Origin: Paraspadella gotoi
Lineage: Eukaryota; Animalia; Chaetognatha
Assembly (NCBI GenBank): GCA_051294375.1
Contig: CM119265.1
Coordinates: 13,694,124 to 13,758,123 of the forward strand
DNA length: 64,000 bases
Direction: 5' to 3'
Position 1 is the stretch's first letter; each line of letters begins with the position of its first letter. Shown piece after piece: positions 1 through 12,192 of this stretch. The translations under genes were made by a program, and so were the position numbers. A model generated the notes under the pieces. That model saw only the letters and a program-made list of their open reading frames with translations. It was not told the DNA's origin and did no database searches.

Positions 1-390
1 TGACTATCATCGTGTCAATGAATGACTATCATCGTGTCAATGAATGACTATCATCGTGTCAATGAATGACTATCATCGTGTCAATGAATGATTATCATCG
101 TGTCAATGAATGATTATCATCGTGTCAATGAATGATTATCATCATGTCAATGAATGATTATCATCGCGTCAATGAATGAATATCATCGCGTCAATGAATG
201 ATTATCATTTGGTTATCATCGCGTCAATCATTTGGTTATCATCGCATCAATTATTTGGTTATCATCGCATCAATCCTAATCAATTATTATTACATCAATC
301 AATCAATAACTATTACATCAATCAATCAATTACTATTATATCACTCAATCAACTATTATTATATCACTCAATCAATTACTATTACATCAA
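1..390. repeat. Tandem minisatellite, 22-bp unit TGA(C/T)TATCATCGTGTCAATGAA, degenerating into TCAATCAATTACTATTA-type units; runs off the window start
   Basis: About 9 near-perfect 22-bp units are visible at 1-205, followed by progressively diverged units to ~390. Confidence 0.95.
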
Positions 391-616
391 TAATTCGTTT
401 TTTTTCTGATTTTTTCATTAATTTTCTTTGATAATAACGTTTAGCGAGATCACTTAAGATTTTTATTTTTTATTTAAAAATAAGTATTTTTAAGTAGTTT
501 TTAAAAAGACGTCCAAGATGTACAGTCGGCGTTTTTTTTTAGTTTCCCATAGGCCTCGCTTATTCAAATCCTGGATCGCCCATTATTTAATATTTATACA
601 TATTACATAATTCTAG

Positions 617-3600
617 GGTCGAATATTTTCGAGTCGGTTTTACAAGAACCTTCTGTCGAAAGACAACCCGGTTTACAGCGACCAGCGCCTTCTGATTTGG
701 CCTTGAAAAACAAAAGACAGCCTGTAGAAGTTCCAGCGTCCTATAAGGCACTACCATCTATGCCGGTGAGAAGGAAATCGCCGCACTTTTTTACTATTTC
801 TTTGATTATTATTGTACGTATTACTAAATAATAAAGGGTAGTAAAAAGTTTAAATTTAATTTAAATTAAAATTCTAAAAGTTAGGAATGAACAACGTTGT
901 ACTAATGAACATTAATGTAATAAAAAAATTATAATTTTTGCAATTTTCGTAGTATGCTATATCTATATATAGTTCTAACCCTATAAGTATTAAAATTTCA
1001 AAATGGTTTATCAGATTTTTTTGAAGATTTGGATTTGTCATAAAACTTTGTTAAAAAGAAATGTAACTCTTTTTTAAAAATTTTTACATTAAGTTGGTCA
1101 AAAATTAGAAAAACCTATATTTATAACTGTAAATTAAATTTTTGTATATTAAATAGTTTTTTTAATTTTTAACCTACTTAATGAAAGAAAAAGAAAGAAT
1201 TATATTTTCTTTTATCAACTTAAAGAAAAGACCATTTTGAAATTTAGGATTTCTTAAGGATAGTACTATATATAAATATAGCCTAATGCGGAAATTAAAA
1301 AATATATATATATACGTTGTTCATAATTAACAATTAGAATTTTCATACGTGACTTTCACTTAATTTTGATATGTCGCCACATTTATGATTTTGCTCATAA
1401 AGTTTAACAGTTTTCTCCGAAGTTTTGGATATTTTATGCTTTTATAAGCACAATATCGAGATAAAATAGTTGTAACGAGTCTATGCCGAACGCACACGTA
1501 CAGTATGAACTACACTTGAGCTAGTGCCTAAGTGACATTTATTTTTTAGATAAACTCGAGCGCGTCGGCGGCACTTCCACTCGCTATCGCTTCGCATCCT
1601 CTCTCGACCGTCAATCCGGATGTTCCAGTAAATCGAACTTGGCATCAGGGAGAGCCCGCTGTCAGACAAAAGCTGTTTTTCTCAAAACGTACTGGGCGCA
1701 AGGTAAATTGAATTTTCAGTAGGGGTTTTGAATCGGATTTATTTAAACTTATAACCTCAAAGTGGTAATCCTTGTATTGTCTTTAGAATCCGTCGACCAG
1801 TATTTTTCGGTCATCATCATGGAACGAGTTGGGACCTCCCCCGTCTCCCCGTCGACAACGACATCTTCTTGCTGCCCTCCGAGATGCGCCCGTCAAGATG
1901 AAATGCGCAGATCAGCAACTTATCAACGGTTCACAAGATGACGCAGAATGTTTCTTCTACCGGTGAGAACAGTTTCGTTGTCTGAGGTATTTGCTTTCTA
2001 TTTAGAAACCTGAGTAATATTTTTACTTTATATTTCTTTTTAAATTTGCATAATTTGCTTTTCAGTTAAACATAATTATATACAAATTATTTAGAAATTG
2101 ACGTTATCCAAAAGCCCCAAATTTCTGCTCGGTTTTAGAATCCGGTTAATTTTTAAAGTTCACGGTTAGGTTGAGGTAAGTAGTGGTTAATGGTTAGGGA
2201 TTAGAGTAGACATTTAGTTAGTTTTTCATTAGTTTCCTGTGAGGGATTGGGCTTTTGGTTTAGGGGTTTAATTAGGAGTTAGGGTTAAGGATTAGGTTAG
2301 GGGTTAGGATTTATTTTAAAGGTTAAGAAAAAGAAATGGAGTTTTTAAATACCACCTACATATGGAACTTTATAAATGTGCTTGTGAATTGAATTTGATG
2401 TTTGTAAATTTTGTGGTTTATTCTCATTTTTATATAATAATTTTAAAATTAATTTTATTTGGTTATAAATAAATAAAGATATAAATATCTTTTTGAGCTG
2501 GGTTGTTGTTGTATTAAATCATTTGTAAAACCAGTTAATGCAATTTTTGTCTTAAAAAGAATATGAACCAAAATTGCCTTCTCTTATTCCTGTCAAAAAC
2601 CGCTGTTTAAGGTGGTTGAACCGGAGAGGGTTTGATTTACTTGCGAACTTTGTCGATGTTTATACCTCAATGTGGGTAATGATTTCATAAGACAAGCTTT
2701 TAGCTTCTTTTGAAGTTCTTTATTCTAGTTTTCAGTGACTACAAAAAATGTTAGTACATGATAATTTTTTTCAAGTCATTTTTTTAAATGAGTCAACAAC
2801 GAAATTTAGAACCTGTTGGTTATTTTTACGGGTCTTTAATACCGGTTTTCGTAACAGATCTTGCCTAATAGAAAGAAAAAGGGAACCGTTATCAATTGTG
2901 GCTTTTGGGGCGAAAAAGTTTTCAGTAATGTTGAGTGGTCTTGAATTTCATTGTTTCTGTCAGTGCCTTAAAAAAAATAAGGTCCTTCAAATTTTATACT
3001 CTACGGAATTAACTATTACAACGATTCATTATTTCAATATGGGACGTCTCCTGTGATTGGCATAACAGTAACGGGTAAGATAATTAGCAAAGAAATATCG
3101 CCTCATAATGCTTTGACCAATTATTGTCAAAAATATTTGAACGAATTATCGCATAAGTTTTTTAATTAATAGAATCGTTAAGATGGATTAGCATCTGTCC
3201 GGTGATAATCATCTACTTTGTCTTAAGCTAATTTGAGATAAACGTGGGAAACAAATTCTGGCTCGATTATTTTAGCCAAAAGAAAGGGAGTTTAACAAAG
3301 TGTCTATAATCTAGGAAAAGCTAAGTGTTTTTGTTCTGTTACCACCATTCTTATCTTTCAATGAAAAGATTACCGTCGCTTTAAGAGAATGACGTTTTCT
3401 TTGTTCTCGTCTTTCAGCCGTTCCCTCTTCGGATTTTTAAGAAAAAATGTCAGTTTTGGCGCCGGAAAAAAGAAAGTTATCACGTTGTTTTAAAATTTTC
3501 TGCATGAAACTGTTTTTTGTAAAACTGGCTAGGTTTTCAGACAATTTAACCTGATATTTTTTATATTACTTTTCCTTCTGAGAAAAAAAATAACTCCGAC

Positions 3601-4729
3601 TATCGAATGTGAGCGACTTGACACGAACTCATCTTCGAAAGTAGCTAATTTGATTAACTCTTTTCGGAAAACTTTTACTGCTTTATTTTTGTCTTTGAAC
3701 TTTTTTCGAATTACTCGCTATAAATAGACGACCAAAAAGTGAATATAACTTATTAATCAGAAATAAATTTTAGCGAACCTCATTCGATTTGGTTGAAAAC
3801 GAAAATAATTTAGCAAAATGCAGTCGAAAAGTATTACCAGTTCCTCGACGTCGCCACGATTGACCAGAGACTCGAGATTAAAATCCAACACTCGCTCTGT
3901 TAAAAAGACTTCACCACCAACACTAGACTGGAATGACTATTGCGCCCTTCTTGACAAAATTTATAATAGAGTGATGACCAAATTTAAAAATTACATTTTA
4001 TGCCTCATTCAATCGTTTTTTGTGTATAACTAATTCAACTAATTGTAATTTACAAGTTAAATGGTCAAAATAACAAGAATAATTCTTATCATAAAATTGA
4101 CTAAAATAAATTCACACGGTTTTCAGACTTCGCCTAACAGCCCGACCACCGTGGTTTAAGTAAAATTTTAAGCCAAAATCTTAAGCTGAAGTCTTTGAAA
4201 AAATATTTTTTTTAAATTATGGCTTTTAAAAATTGGTCATCACCCTTTTTACGAAAAACTCAGAACGACCTTGAAGATGACTCTCCTCCGTGGTCTAACG
4301 ATTACGCGCCCAAAAATGGAGAACAGAATAAAGGTTTTACTCACAAGCGTCCAAAATATCAACCCATCATTGACGTTAGGTATTAATAACTTTTTATACC
4401 TATAATATATTTTTCAGAATGATTAAATCAAAAGTTAATTTTTACACATAAACTTGATTTGTATAGTTTTTATAAAACTATTATTATTATAAATATGATA
4501 ACTAATTCCTTATTATACAGTTGCGAAAGAAAAAAATTGGAAATAATTTTAAATAACGCGCTAAATAATGCTTAATTTTCTGTTTCAGTTTTCTTTTAAA
4601 TTGTTATCTCTCGTTGCATCTACATATTTTAAATGTTTTTCTTTTTCTTATCGTTTCCTTCTGTCGTACAATAGATAAAGATGGAATATGATACCATCCA
4701 GAAATGATTACGTAGAGGAATATGATTGA
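617..4729 (+). CDS. Internal/3' coding exons of an unidentified Ser/Pro-rich, probably disordered protein, 5' end outside the window; may instead be an alternative long N-terminus of the Kir gene
   Basis: GC-richer islands with AG/GT borders and matching phases: 617-765 (SNIFESVLQEPSVERQPG...), 1550-1702 (INSSASAALPLA...KRTGRK), 1787-1962 (NPSTSIFRSSSWNELGPPPSPRR...), 3814-3898, 4127-4153, 4264-4379 (NDLEDDSPPWSNDY...), and a putative terminal exon 4681-4729 (WNMIPSRNDYVEEYD*). The first three exons are solid; later boundaries are less certain. No recognisable domain. Confidence 0.6.
832..1302. mobile_element. Truncated, diverged copy of the MITE family at 35377-35982, lying in an intron
   Basis: Colinear similarity to 38796-39310 (AAAATTCTAAAAGT..., TACTAATGAACATT, GATTTGGATTTGTCATAAAA, GGATAGTACTATATATAAATATAGCCTA). 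It begins with the TIR-like TAAAGGGTAGTAAAA. Confidence 0.8.
2160..2330. repeat. Degenerate GGTTAG(G)/TTAGGG-like interstitial repeat; related tracts on the opposite strand at ~5890-5960 and ~20030-20110
   Basis: Repeated GGTTAGG/GGTTAAGG motifs are visible. Probably the internal repeat of a dispersed element rather than a telomere (inference). Confidence 0.55.
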
Positions 4730-5247
4730 AACCGTCTGGATACAAAATGTTTGTCTTTCGATGCTTCAGCGCATTCCTATAATTTCTTTTTGTGTCGTGA
4801 CGTAAATCACTATCCTTTAAAAAAATGTGTAGCACTCTAAATATAAAGCTTGCACGTAAGAAATATGAAAGAACTATCCTCGATTTTAAAACGTGGCGTG
4901 GCGGTTAACAAATCTGTGAGATTGTGACCCAAATTTTGTGTGCGAAACAGTCATAAGCACTCGCACAGACTTGGGAACCCCTCCCTTATTCTCTTGGTCT
5001 TATTGCTATTTAGTTTAATCACCGCAGTTTTTGATTGTCGCATTGTTCGTCTTTTTGAAAGTTAAAATAGTTTTTTCATGCTTCATTACTAATATTATAC
5101 ACTCGGGGTCCTATCTGTTTTGAGTTTTGAAATATATTGGACTTTGGCCCCTTCTTTATTTTTTGTAAGTTTTAATTTTCTAATTTAAAAAGGTTGAAAT
5201 TTTGTGATTAACTCTGTCGGACATCGGCAATAAATGTCTAGACCGCC

Positions 5248-5255
5248 TATAAAAG
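5248..5255 (+). promoter_or_regulatory. Candidate TATA box (TATAAAAG) for the Kir gene
   Basis: Consensus TATAAAAG in GC-containing context, 125 nt upstream of the in-frame ATG at 5380. An AATAAA at 5229-5234 could end the upstream gene. The AT-rich background lowers confidence. Confidence 0.35.
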
Positions 5256-5379
5256 AAAATACGTTAAGTTCGACTTAAAACAAATGACTCTTTCGTGATA
5301 CTTATTTTCTTAACTGTTTGCGTAGAGAGAAGTTCGCTTGAAAATCCATTTCTTTTTTTTGCACTTGCGTCAAGTAAGC

Positions 5380-8300
5380 ATGATTTTGTCGGTTGCATTA
5401 GCGCGCCCCCGTGCTAAAACGTGGTCAACCTCTAATTTTAGTTATCACAAATTGAACAGGTAAGATTGCTTTTATATAGAGATGATTACGTAAAACTTTG
5501 TTAGTTTTTTTCGTTTGTTACTGAAACCCGAAATATCTTTTGCTAAAATTTGGCTTAATTACTCTGTAAATTGACGCGGATCGATAATATTCTTTTCAGT
5601 CATTGAGGAAAGTTTGGATATCAAACTGATAAGGTTTTTAGTCAAAAATTAACAAGTAAAAAAATTGTATATATATTTTTTTAGGTTCGTACAATTTTAA
5701 CGCTTATTGACAGAAGCATTAAGCATTTAAATTTTTTGTTTGAAATCCATATCTTTTAAATCCGAAATTTATTAAACATGATAAAAACATTCAGTTTTTT
5801 TTTTTTTTTTGGTTGTTAGCCGAAAAATAACAGGCACGATTTTAAATAGCGGTTTTGGTTTTAATATATAAGTTCATAATTTCATAACTTCTATCTTAAT
5901 CCTAACCTCAACGTTTACCCAAACCCTAACTGTATCCTTAATTTAATTCCTAACCCTAATATAAAACAAAAAAAGTTTTTAAATCTGATTTTAACCTGAG
6001 CGCTTTTGGAAAATATTGCTATAAATCAATTTTCTTCTCATACACGGTTAACTAATTTCATGCGTTTTGTTTTATACAAACAAATTATACAATATCCATG
6101 TACGATTCTATATATAGTTATATTATCTAAATGAATTACTTTTGCGAAATACTTTTGCATATTAACGAAGGTATTTTAATAGTATTACTGTATTCTTTCT
6201 TTTTCAGTGAACAGTTTTCTGTGGCGCCGACTGTCGGAGGCGACGCTTCGTCGGTTGCGTCTCCCAAGAAAGTCGTGCCCCAGCCTTTGGATAAGAAAGG
6301 TTAGTTCGTGACATTTTGAAAAATATTTTTAAATTTTATTATTTTGAATAGAAAGCTGCTTTGTTTTAGAAAGCATACATTGCCAAGATGTACCTACCGT
6401 TGTTGTTACTGCTCCGTCGGATATTCAACAGGCCACTAGGGCCCTAACTGCCACCGAACCGGACAAAGGTAACTGTTTTAATAATCGTTGGGTTTTTTTA
6501 TGCCCTTTTCGATCTATATTTATATTTTTCGTTGATTCATAGGTAAAGTTCGACAGTCGTTGCCGTATAGAAGGCTGCTAAACTCAACGAAGGATTCAAG
6601 GTGAGGCGTGAGATTTTATAGTTATTCGATTAATCATTAATCTTGAATACCCAACGATTTGAGACATCACGTTCGGTTCGAACTTTAATAATCATTTCTT
6701 TTCAATTGTTTTCACGTCTTAAGCCAATTTTTTCTTGACTCCCAAGTTAAATTAAATTCGCTTGTCACATTTAGCGTCCTTTTTACTATCGAAATTATTC
6801 GTTTAATTTTCTATATAAACAAGAAGTACTAAAAATAGGCAACTGCAAGGCTGAAAATTTTATAATTAAATTCATTTATTCATGCTGGAACACGTACATT
6901 CAAATTAAGACCAGGTCGATAAGGTGGCTATAAAACCTTTCATATCTAACTTCATTCGTTAAGCATTAAAATTTGAATTATTTTGCAGTGTTTCTGCTGA
7001 TTCACGAATGCTATCGCTAAACGAAAATCGCATGGATCGGATGAACAGTACAGATTCCCAGGTAACTTTTGGTCTCACGGTGTTATTAATATTATTATCA
7101 TTACTTGAACTAACTTTTTTATTGGCTGCCACGGATAATTTTTATAAAAGCGGATATGTTTCGGGCAATAGTTCTGATTTTTAAAAACGTAAGTTTGCTA
7201 TAAATAAATTTTTTACAAAATATTTTCTTCTTTTCATTTTACCTCTTCTTAATTTATCTCAATTAAGTTTGCTCGATAAACCATGCTTGGTACTTATTAA
7301 ATTGGTACAACCAAAAAAAAATTCTCCATTCATTTAATAAATAAGCTATCTTGCCCCTGACTTTGGACAGGCTTTGGTGGTTTTAGGCCTCCATCACTCT
7401 TACAAGATAATGACATAGCAGGTCCCTGCAAGCTTTCAATCAAGAGAAGTTATTACTATTTCTACTTTATCTGCACATACCTCCTGTCTCTATTTTGTCT
7501 TATATTAATGTAAATAAATATACAGTAACTAATATATATACAGTAACTGTTTTCGACGTAAATTTAGAATTTTTAAATCTGGTTTACTGCAATGGAATCG
7601 TTTTGTAGTTAGAAATTGTTTAATCGATTAACGAAGATTCTTTAAGTTCTCCGTGAGATTGATGACCGACGTTCAATTGCTCGAAACATATTCGTTTATA
7701 CAATTACTTTAATCTTTAATAATGAATCACTATTCACCCGACTCGGCTATAATAATTGACACCAGATGTAATATGTATTAAATTTTGTTTGCTACTCTTT
7801 CACTCATTAGCGTCACTTAATCGGCCCAGCCATCATTTCTGAACCAAATATCGGCACGAATAACAATGCATATCACACTCCAGGTGAGTTTGTCATAGTT
7901 AATGAATGCCATAGAATTGGTCATTTTCATCATGCCTACTCCTGGTTTGTGCTTCAGTGACGTTGATCGAAAACGGGCCTTTGCCTCTATGCGATGTATA
8001 CTCGCCCAAAAAAGGAGATACAGAAGATGCAAATACACCGACAGAAGTTAATATGATTAGTATAATTAGATAGTGTTTATTTGTAATGGTATTTAATTGT
8101 CTGTTATGCCTGCTCAGGTTTTTTCCGTTGGTAACCCAAAAGTTGATACTATTGGAAAAAAGCGAGTTCGTCTCGTTGAAAAACATGGACAGACGAACAT
8201 TTCACATAGCAAAATTCCTCGGAGATTGTTTAGGTTTGATCTAATATTCGATCTAATATTTTTTTCTTTTATTAAATTTTAATTTTTTTTAAGGTATTGG

Positions 8301-10892
8301 TTTGATATATTTACAACTATGGTTGAGATGAAATGGCGATACGTCTTTGTTATTTTCGCATCACAAGTAAGTCAATGACCAATTTTATAACAAAAAAAAT
8401 ATTTTCCCATTATGATTAAGATTATGAATTTCATTAGTTTTTCTTGTCCTGGATATTCTTTGCTCTTCTCTGGTATCTAATTTGTTGGGCTCATGGAGAT
8501 TTTGACAAGTTGGAAGAAATTAGCAACGATCAGTGGAAGCCTTGTGTTACGGTAAATACTTGTTTTTGATGATTTTTTTTTTTCATTATTGCTATTTTTG
8601 ATAATAATAAATTAGGCAATCAACGATTTCACATCAACAGTCCTTTTCTCCATTGAAACGCAACACACCATTGGTTATGGTGCCAGAATGACGACCGAAG
8701 AATGCCCAGAAGCGGTTTTTGTGATGATGATCCAGTCTATATTTGGTAAGATTCTTATTTTTTTTGAGAACTTTTGCTATAAGAGATCGTCAGCTTTGCA
8801 TTCTTCCCTTGGTATCGCACTTCCCTAACAGGGATTTTTGGGCAAGCTTGCATCGTTGGACTCGTGTTCACTAAACTAGCGAGACCAAAGAAGCGAGCCG
8901 AGACTTTACTACTGTCTAAAAAAGCTGTTATTTGCCTTCGCGATCGCAAGTACAGGCTGCTTTTTCGAGTGGGAGATGTTCGACCGGACTTCATGACGGA
9001 CTGCAAAGTCCAGGTAGGGATTGGTAAGGTTTCTAGCAAATACGTATTAGTCGATCATAAATAAAAAAATTTAACTTTCTTATTGCTTCATCCCAATTAA
9101 AGGCTATATTGATTCAACGTAAGACGACTAAGGAAGGTGAATCTCTACCATTACATCAAACACCGCTCAGTCTAGAAACTTGTGAACTTTTCCTTACGTG
9201 GCCTATTGTCATCAGTCACGAGATCAACCAGGATTCTCCATTTTTTTGCATGGACGAGCAAGACATGATAAACCAGGTAAAGGAATTTTTAAGGTTTATA
9301 TATTTTATAACTATACAAACTGGGCGAAAAACTCTGTTATTAGTCATTTTGTTCAATATTCAAAACTCTGTTATTAGTCATTTTATTCAATATTCATTCA
9401 GCTTTACGGTTTACCATTTTAAAATTTATAGTCATTATTCTGATTCTTTAACGGTTTTTAATTTCATTGTCAATATGTTATGCCAAGAAATTAAGAATTT
9501 CTAAATGAGAGGATTATGGCAACAGCCGGGTTGCTTGTGATTCCCATTGAAATGAGGCATCTCACTGCTTTGTCAACGCAGAGGGAAGTCTTTAAGACTG
9601 TGGATGGAACGCATCTCCTGGGATGGTGCGTTCCCGCTCTGAGCCAATGGGATTGGTTGAATGATGGTGGATGTGAGGTGGTATGAATATAACGCCACTG
9701 GAGTGTTTTAATAGCATTTTTAGTTAAATGTTTAGAAATAAAGGTTTTTTTCAGTTTTTTTTGCCGCTTTTAAAGTTAAAAATTGCCTTCATAATCAGTT
9801 AATATTTATTTGTTTTCAGGATTTTGAGTTAGTGATAGTTGTAGAAGGAAACGTGGAGGCGACGGCTATGCGGACGCAGATTAGGACTTCTTACCTGCCC
9901 GACGAAATACTTTGGGGCTTCCATTTTCAGGTTTGGAACCTGGCCGATTATCCGTAATTTTTTTTCCCGATGATTGCACATTAGCCATTCTCCTATGATA
10001 TACTTTATACTTGAATTTAGCCTTGCGTTAAATTTGGCGAAGGGCGTTATGTCGTCGACTACTCAAAATTCCATCAAACGGTCAAGTGCCACATGCCAAA
10101 AGTCTCCGCGCAAAAATGGGAAGAAATGGACGCGGTAAATTCGTCTAAGCTTCAATAAAAATACACTTAATTTTATATATTTAAAGTTTCAATTTGTAGG
10201 AAATAATGGGGAATATTAATTAAAAGTGAGTTTAAAAGTTCTTTAGTTATGAATGATTAAAACTACTTAACAGCTCTGGACTTGCACATTGAGAGTGGAT
10301 TGACTTTTTAATTTTGTTTTATCGACCAAATATTATTCTGAATCGATCTATTATTAATTTAATATTTATAGTTATATATATATATTTATATAGTTATACA
10401 CGATGCGAGAGGCCGAACAAGACGGTTCATCATTGAGCGGGCGGTCAACGCCAACGGGGGAGAAGTCCGAACAAAACAACGATTCGTCTCGGGAGCGCGG
10501 CTCTTTGGATTCAGCCCCCTCACACGGTCCTGCAGTTCGAGTTCTACCCAAACGCCACTCGCACTACCTGCTCCCCCCCACGTACAACCCTCCGCCTACG
10601 CGTAACGCCACCACTAACGATCTACAGCGTATGTGTAATGGCACTCCCACGGCTGGCTCAATTTCCAACGGAAGCGCCAGGAACTCGCCCCGCAGGTGAC
10701 CTCGCCTATATCGCGTTTTACGCGATAATAATGTCAGCTCTTTCTTTTCCCTCTTATAATCCAAGGTCGCTGTCTCAATCTTCTACTCCCGTGGGCCACT
10801 TGGCCGAATCAGGAAGAGACAGGTTTTATTTGAATCGATCATCGACGCCCGTCCAAGTCATTAATTTTATCCTCGATGACGCCGATCCATAG
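5380..10892 (+). CDS. KCNJ: Inward-rectifier potassium channel (Kir/KCNJ/Irk family), 17 coding exons, 668 aa as modelled
   Basis: Phase-consistent GT-AG exons: 5380-5459, 6208-6299, 6370-6468, 6543-6600, 6989-7061, 7811-7883, 7958-8046, 8118-8233, 8294-8366, 8438-8551, 8616-8745, 8832-9013, 9103-9276, 9820-9930, 10021-10134, 10394-10695, 10766-10892. Kir motifs: [11 protein letters not shown]; slide helix [12 protein letters not shown]; M1 [21 protein letters not shown]; KPCV; pore [21 protein letters not shown]; M2 [19 protein letters not shown]; [19 protein letters not shown]; TTKEGE; [31 protein letters not shown]; YVVDYSKFH. The core (8118-10134) is secure; the start exon and terminal exon are less so. 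The symbol is family-level only. Confidence 0.95.
9517..9705. mobile_element. GC-richer intronic insert, possible SINE/retroelement fragment related to 44640-44810
   Basis: Shares TGGCAA...CCGG...TGAGGCATCTC (9553-9563 vs 44663-44673) and CGCCACTGGAG (9693-9703, inverted at 44728-44738). Contains the hairpin GGAACGCA...TGCGTTCC. Confidence 0.4.
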
Positions 10893-11606
10893 ATACGCTC
10901 TCGCGTCTCAGTTATGCGTCGTTTCCCGCGGTTAATTCGTTTTTGCTTCTTTCCTTGAATTTTTGTTAAGTTTATTTCTTCGTCTCATTGATTTTATGTT
11001 TTTAATAGATTACCATATTTAGAAACTTAGTTTCAAGTTGAACTCTTTCGAAATGTTATTCATATTACGTAAATTACTCAAAATATAAACATGAGTTCAA
11101 AGGTTATTGATAACAATGCTTTCTTTAAATTGCTTAATATTTAAAATTTTAATTCGTATACGGTAATGGCCGCTTATTGTAGGGGTAGCCCCACTCAATG
11201 GGGTGAGTCAAAAATTTGGAGTGAGTACATGCCTAAACGAAAATTTATATATATTTAAGTATACTTGATATGGACAAAAAATTTCTTATATGGCTCTATA
11301 TCGTAGTAATTATGTTTTTTTAAATATTTATTTATAGATAGGAAATTTTTTTGAATTTTAATATCAGATTCTGATAGCTCATAAAAAGTTGTCTCTATAA
11401 AGTATAGTAATTTTTAAAATATTTTTATGATAAGAGAGTCAAAAATAAAAAAACATAAAAAATCGTCATCATTTTTCGATGACTTTATCAGTGTTTTTAT
11501 ATTTTCTCTTAAAACACGTAAGAATTTTTAAAAGCTGTATTCCATAATCTATAATCTATATATATATATAGACTATATTCATGATAAATTATTTTAACGC
11601 TGTATA

Positions 11607-12192
11607 CAGACCTGTGCAAAAAAAGATGACATCCTAAAACATTGCCCAAATAAATTTTGTTTGATTCTTTTATTATAAAAAATATAGGTTAATAAATTTT
11701 ATGGGAAAAAAGAACAATTGGTAAAAATTTGGTTCAAATTTAACAATCCATCTGTGAGTAATGATTTTTTAAAAGTAACTTTTCAAACAAAGCATAAAAA
11801 AAATTATATATTTTGTATTTTGGGTACTATATTTTTGGAGTGATTAGTCCGATTTTTTTTAACTTATACATATTTATTCTTCTTTCAAAAATCAACTCTT
11901 TCCATGCAAAATTTTTTATAATACATGAATACAACGCTCAAAAATTAAGGCTGAATAGTATCTTCGGTTTTCCTCAGATCTTCAAGAAGGTTTTTTCTTA
12001 CCATTTTTTGGTTTTGACCACTTGTTTTTCGATTGCTATAGCTCTTAAATGACTGGACCAATTTTTTTAAACTTATACATATAGATTCTATTTTAAAAAT
12101 CTACATTGATCAATTAAAATTTTTTAAAATATATGCTGAAAATGTGTGCTATTTTGAATTTAAGACTGTCCCTTTTTTTTTGTACAGGACTG
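11607..12192. mobile_element. Tc1/mariner-type MITE (non-autonomous), 586 bp
   Basis: Imperfect TIRs CAGACCTGTGCAAAAAAAGATGACA and TGTCCCTTTTTTTTTGTACAGGACTG, flanked by TA on both sides (11605-6, 12193-4). AT-rich interior with no transposase ORF. Confidence 0.8.

Noticed and set aside
1-431. 22-bp repeat array as a CRISPR array, and ORFs 176-409 and 198-431
   Set aside because: Units are head-to-tail with no unique spacers, there are no cas genes and the context is eukaryotic; the ORFs are repeat translations.
2160-2330. True telomere or chromosome-fusion site
   Set aside because: Short, highly degenerate and intronic, with similar tracts elsewhere in the window.
2612-2675. Possible extra exon (WLNRRGFDLLANFVDVYTSMW)
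   Set aside because: It has AG/GT borders and the right entry phase, but I could not link its exit phase confidently to exon 3814, so it was left out of the model.
9328-9395. 34-bp tandem duplication in a Kir intron, and the hydrophobic tail of ORF 9109-9504
   Set aside because: Ordinary slippage duplication; the ORF beyond 9276 is read-through into the intron.
10697-10760. TGA-C stop-codon readthrough of the Kir gene
   Set aside because: Better explained as a splice donor whose intron removal gives an in-frame terminal exon.
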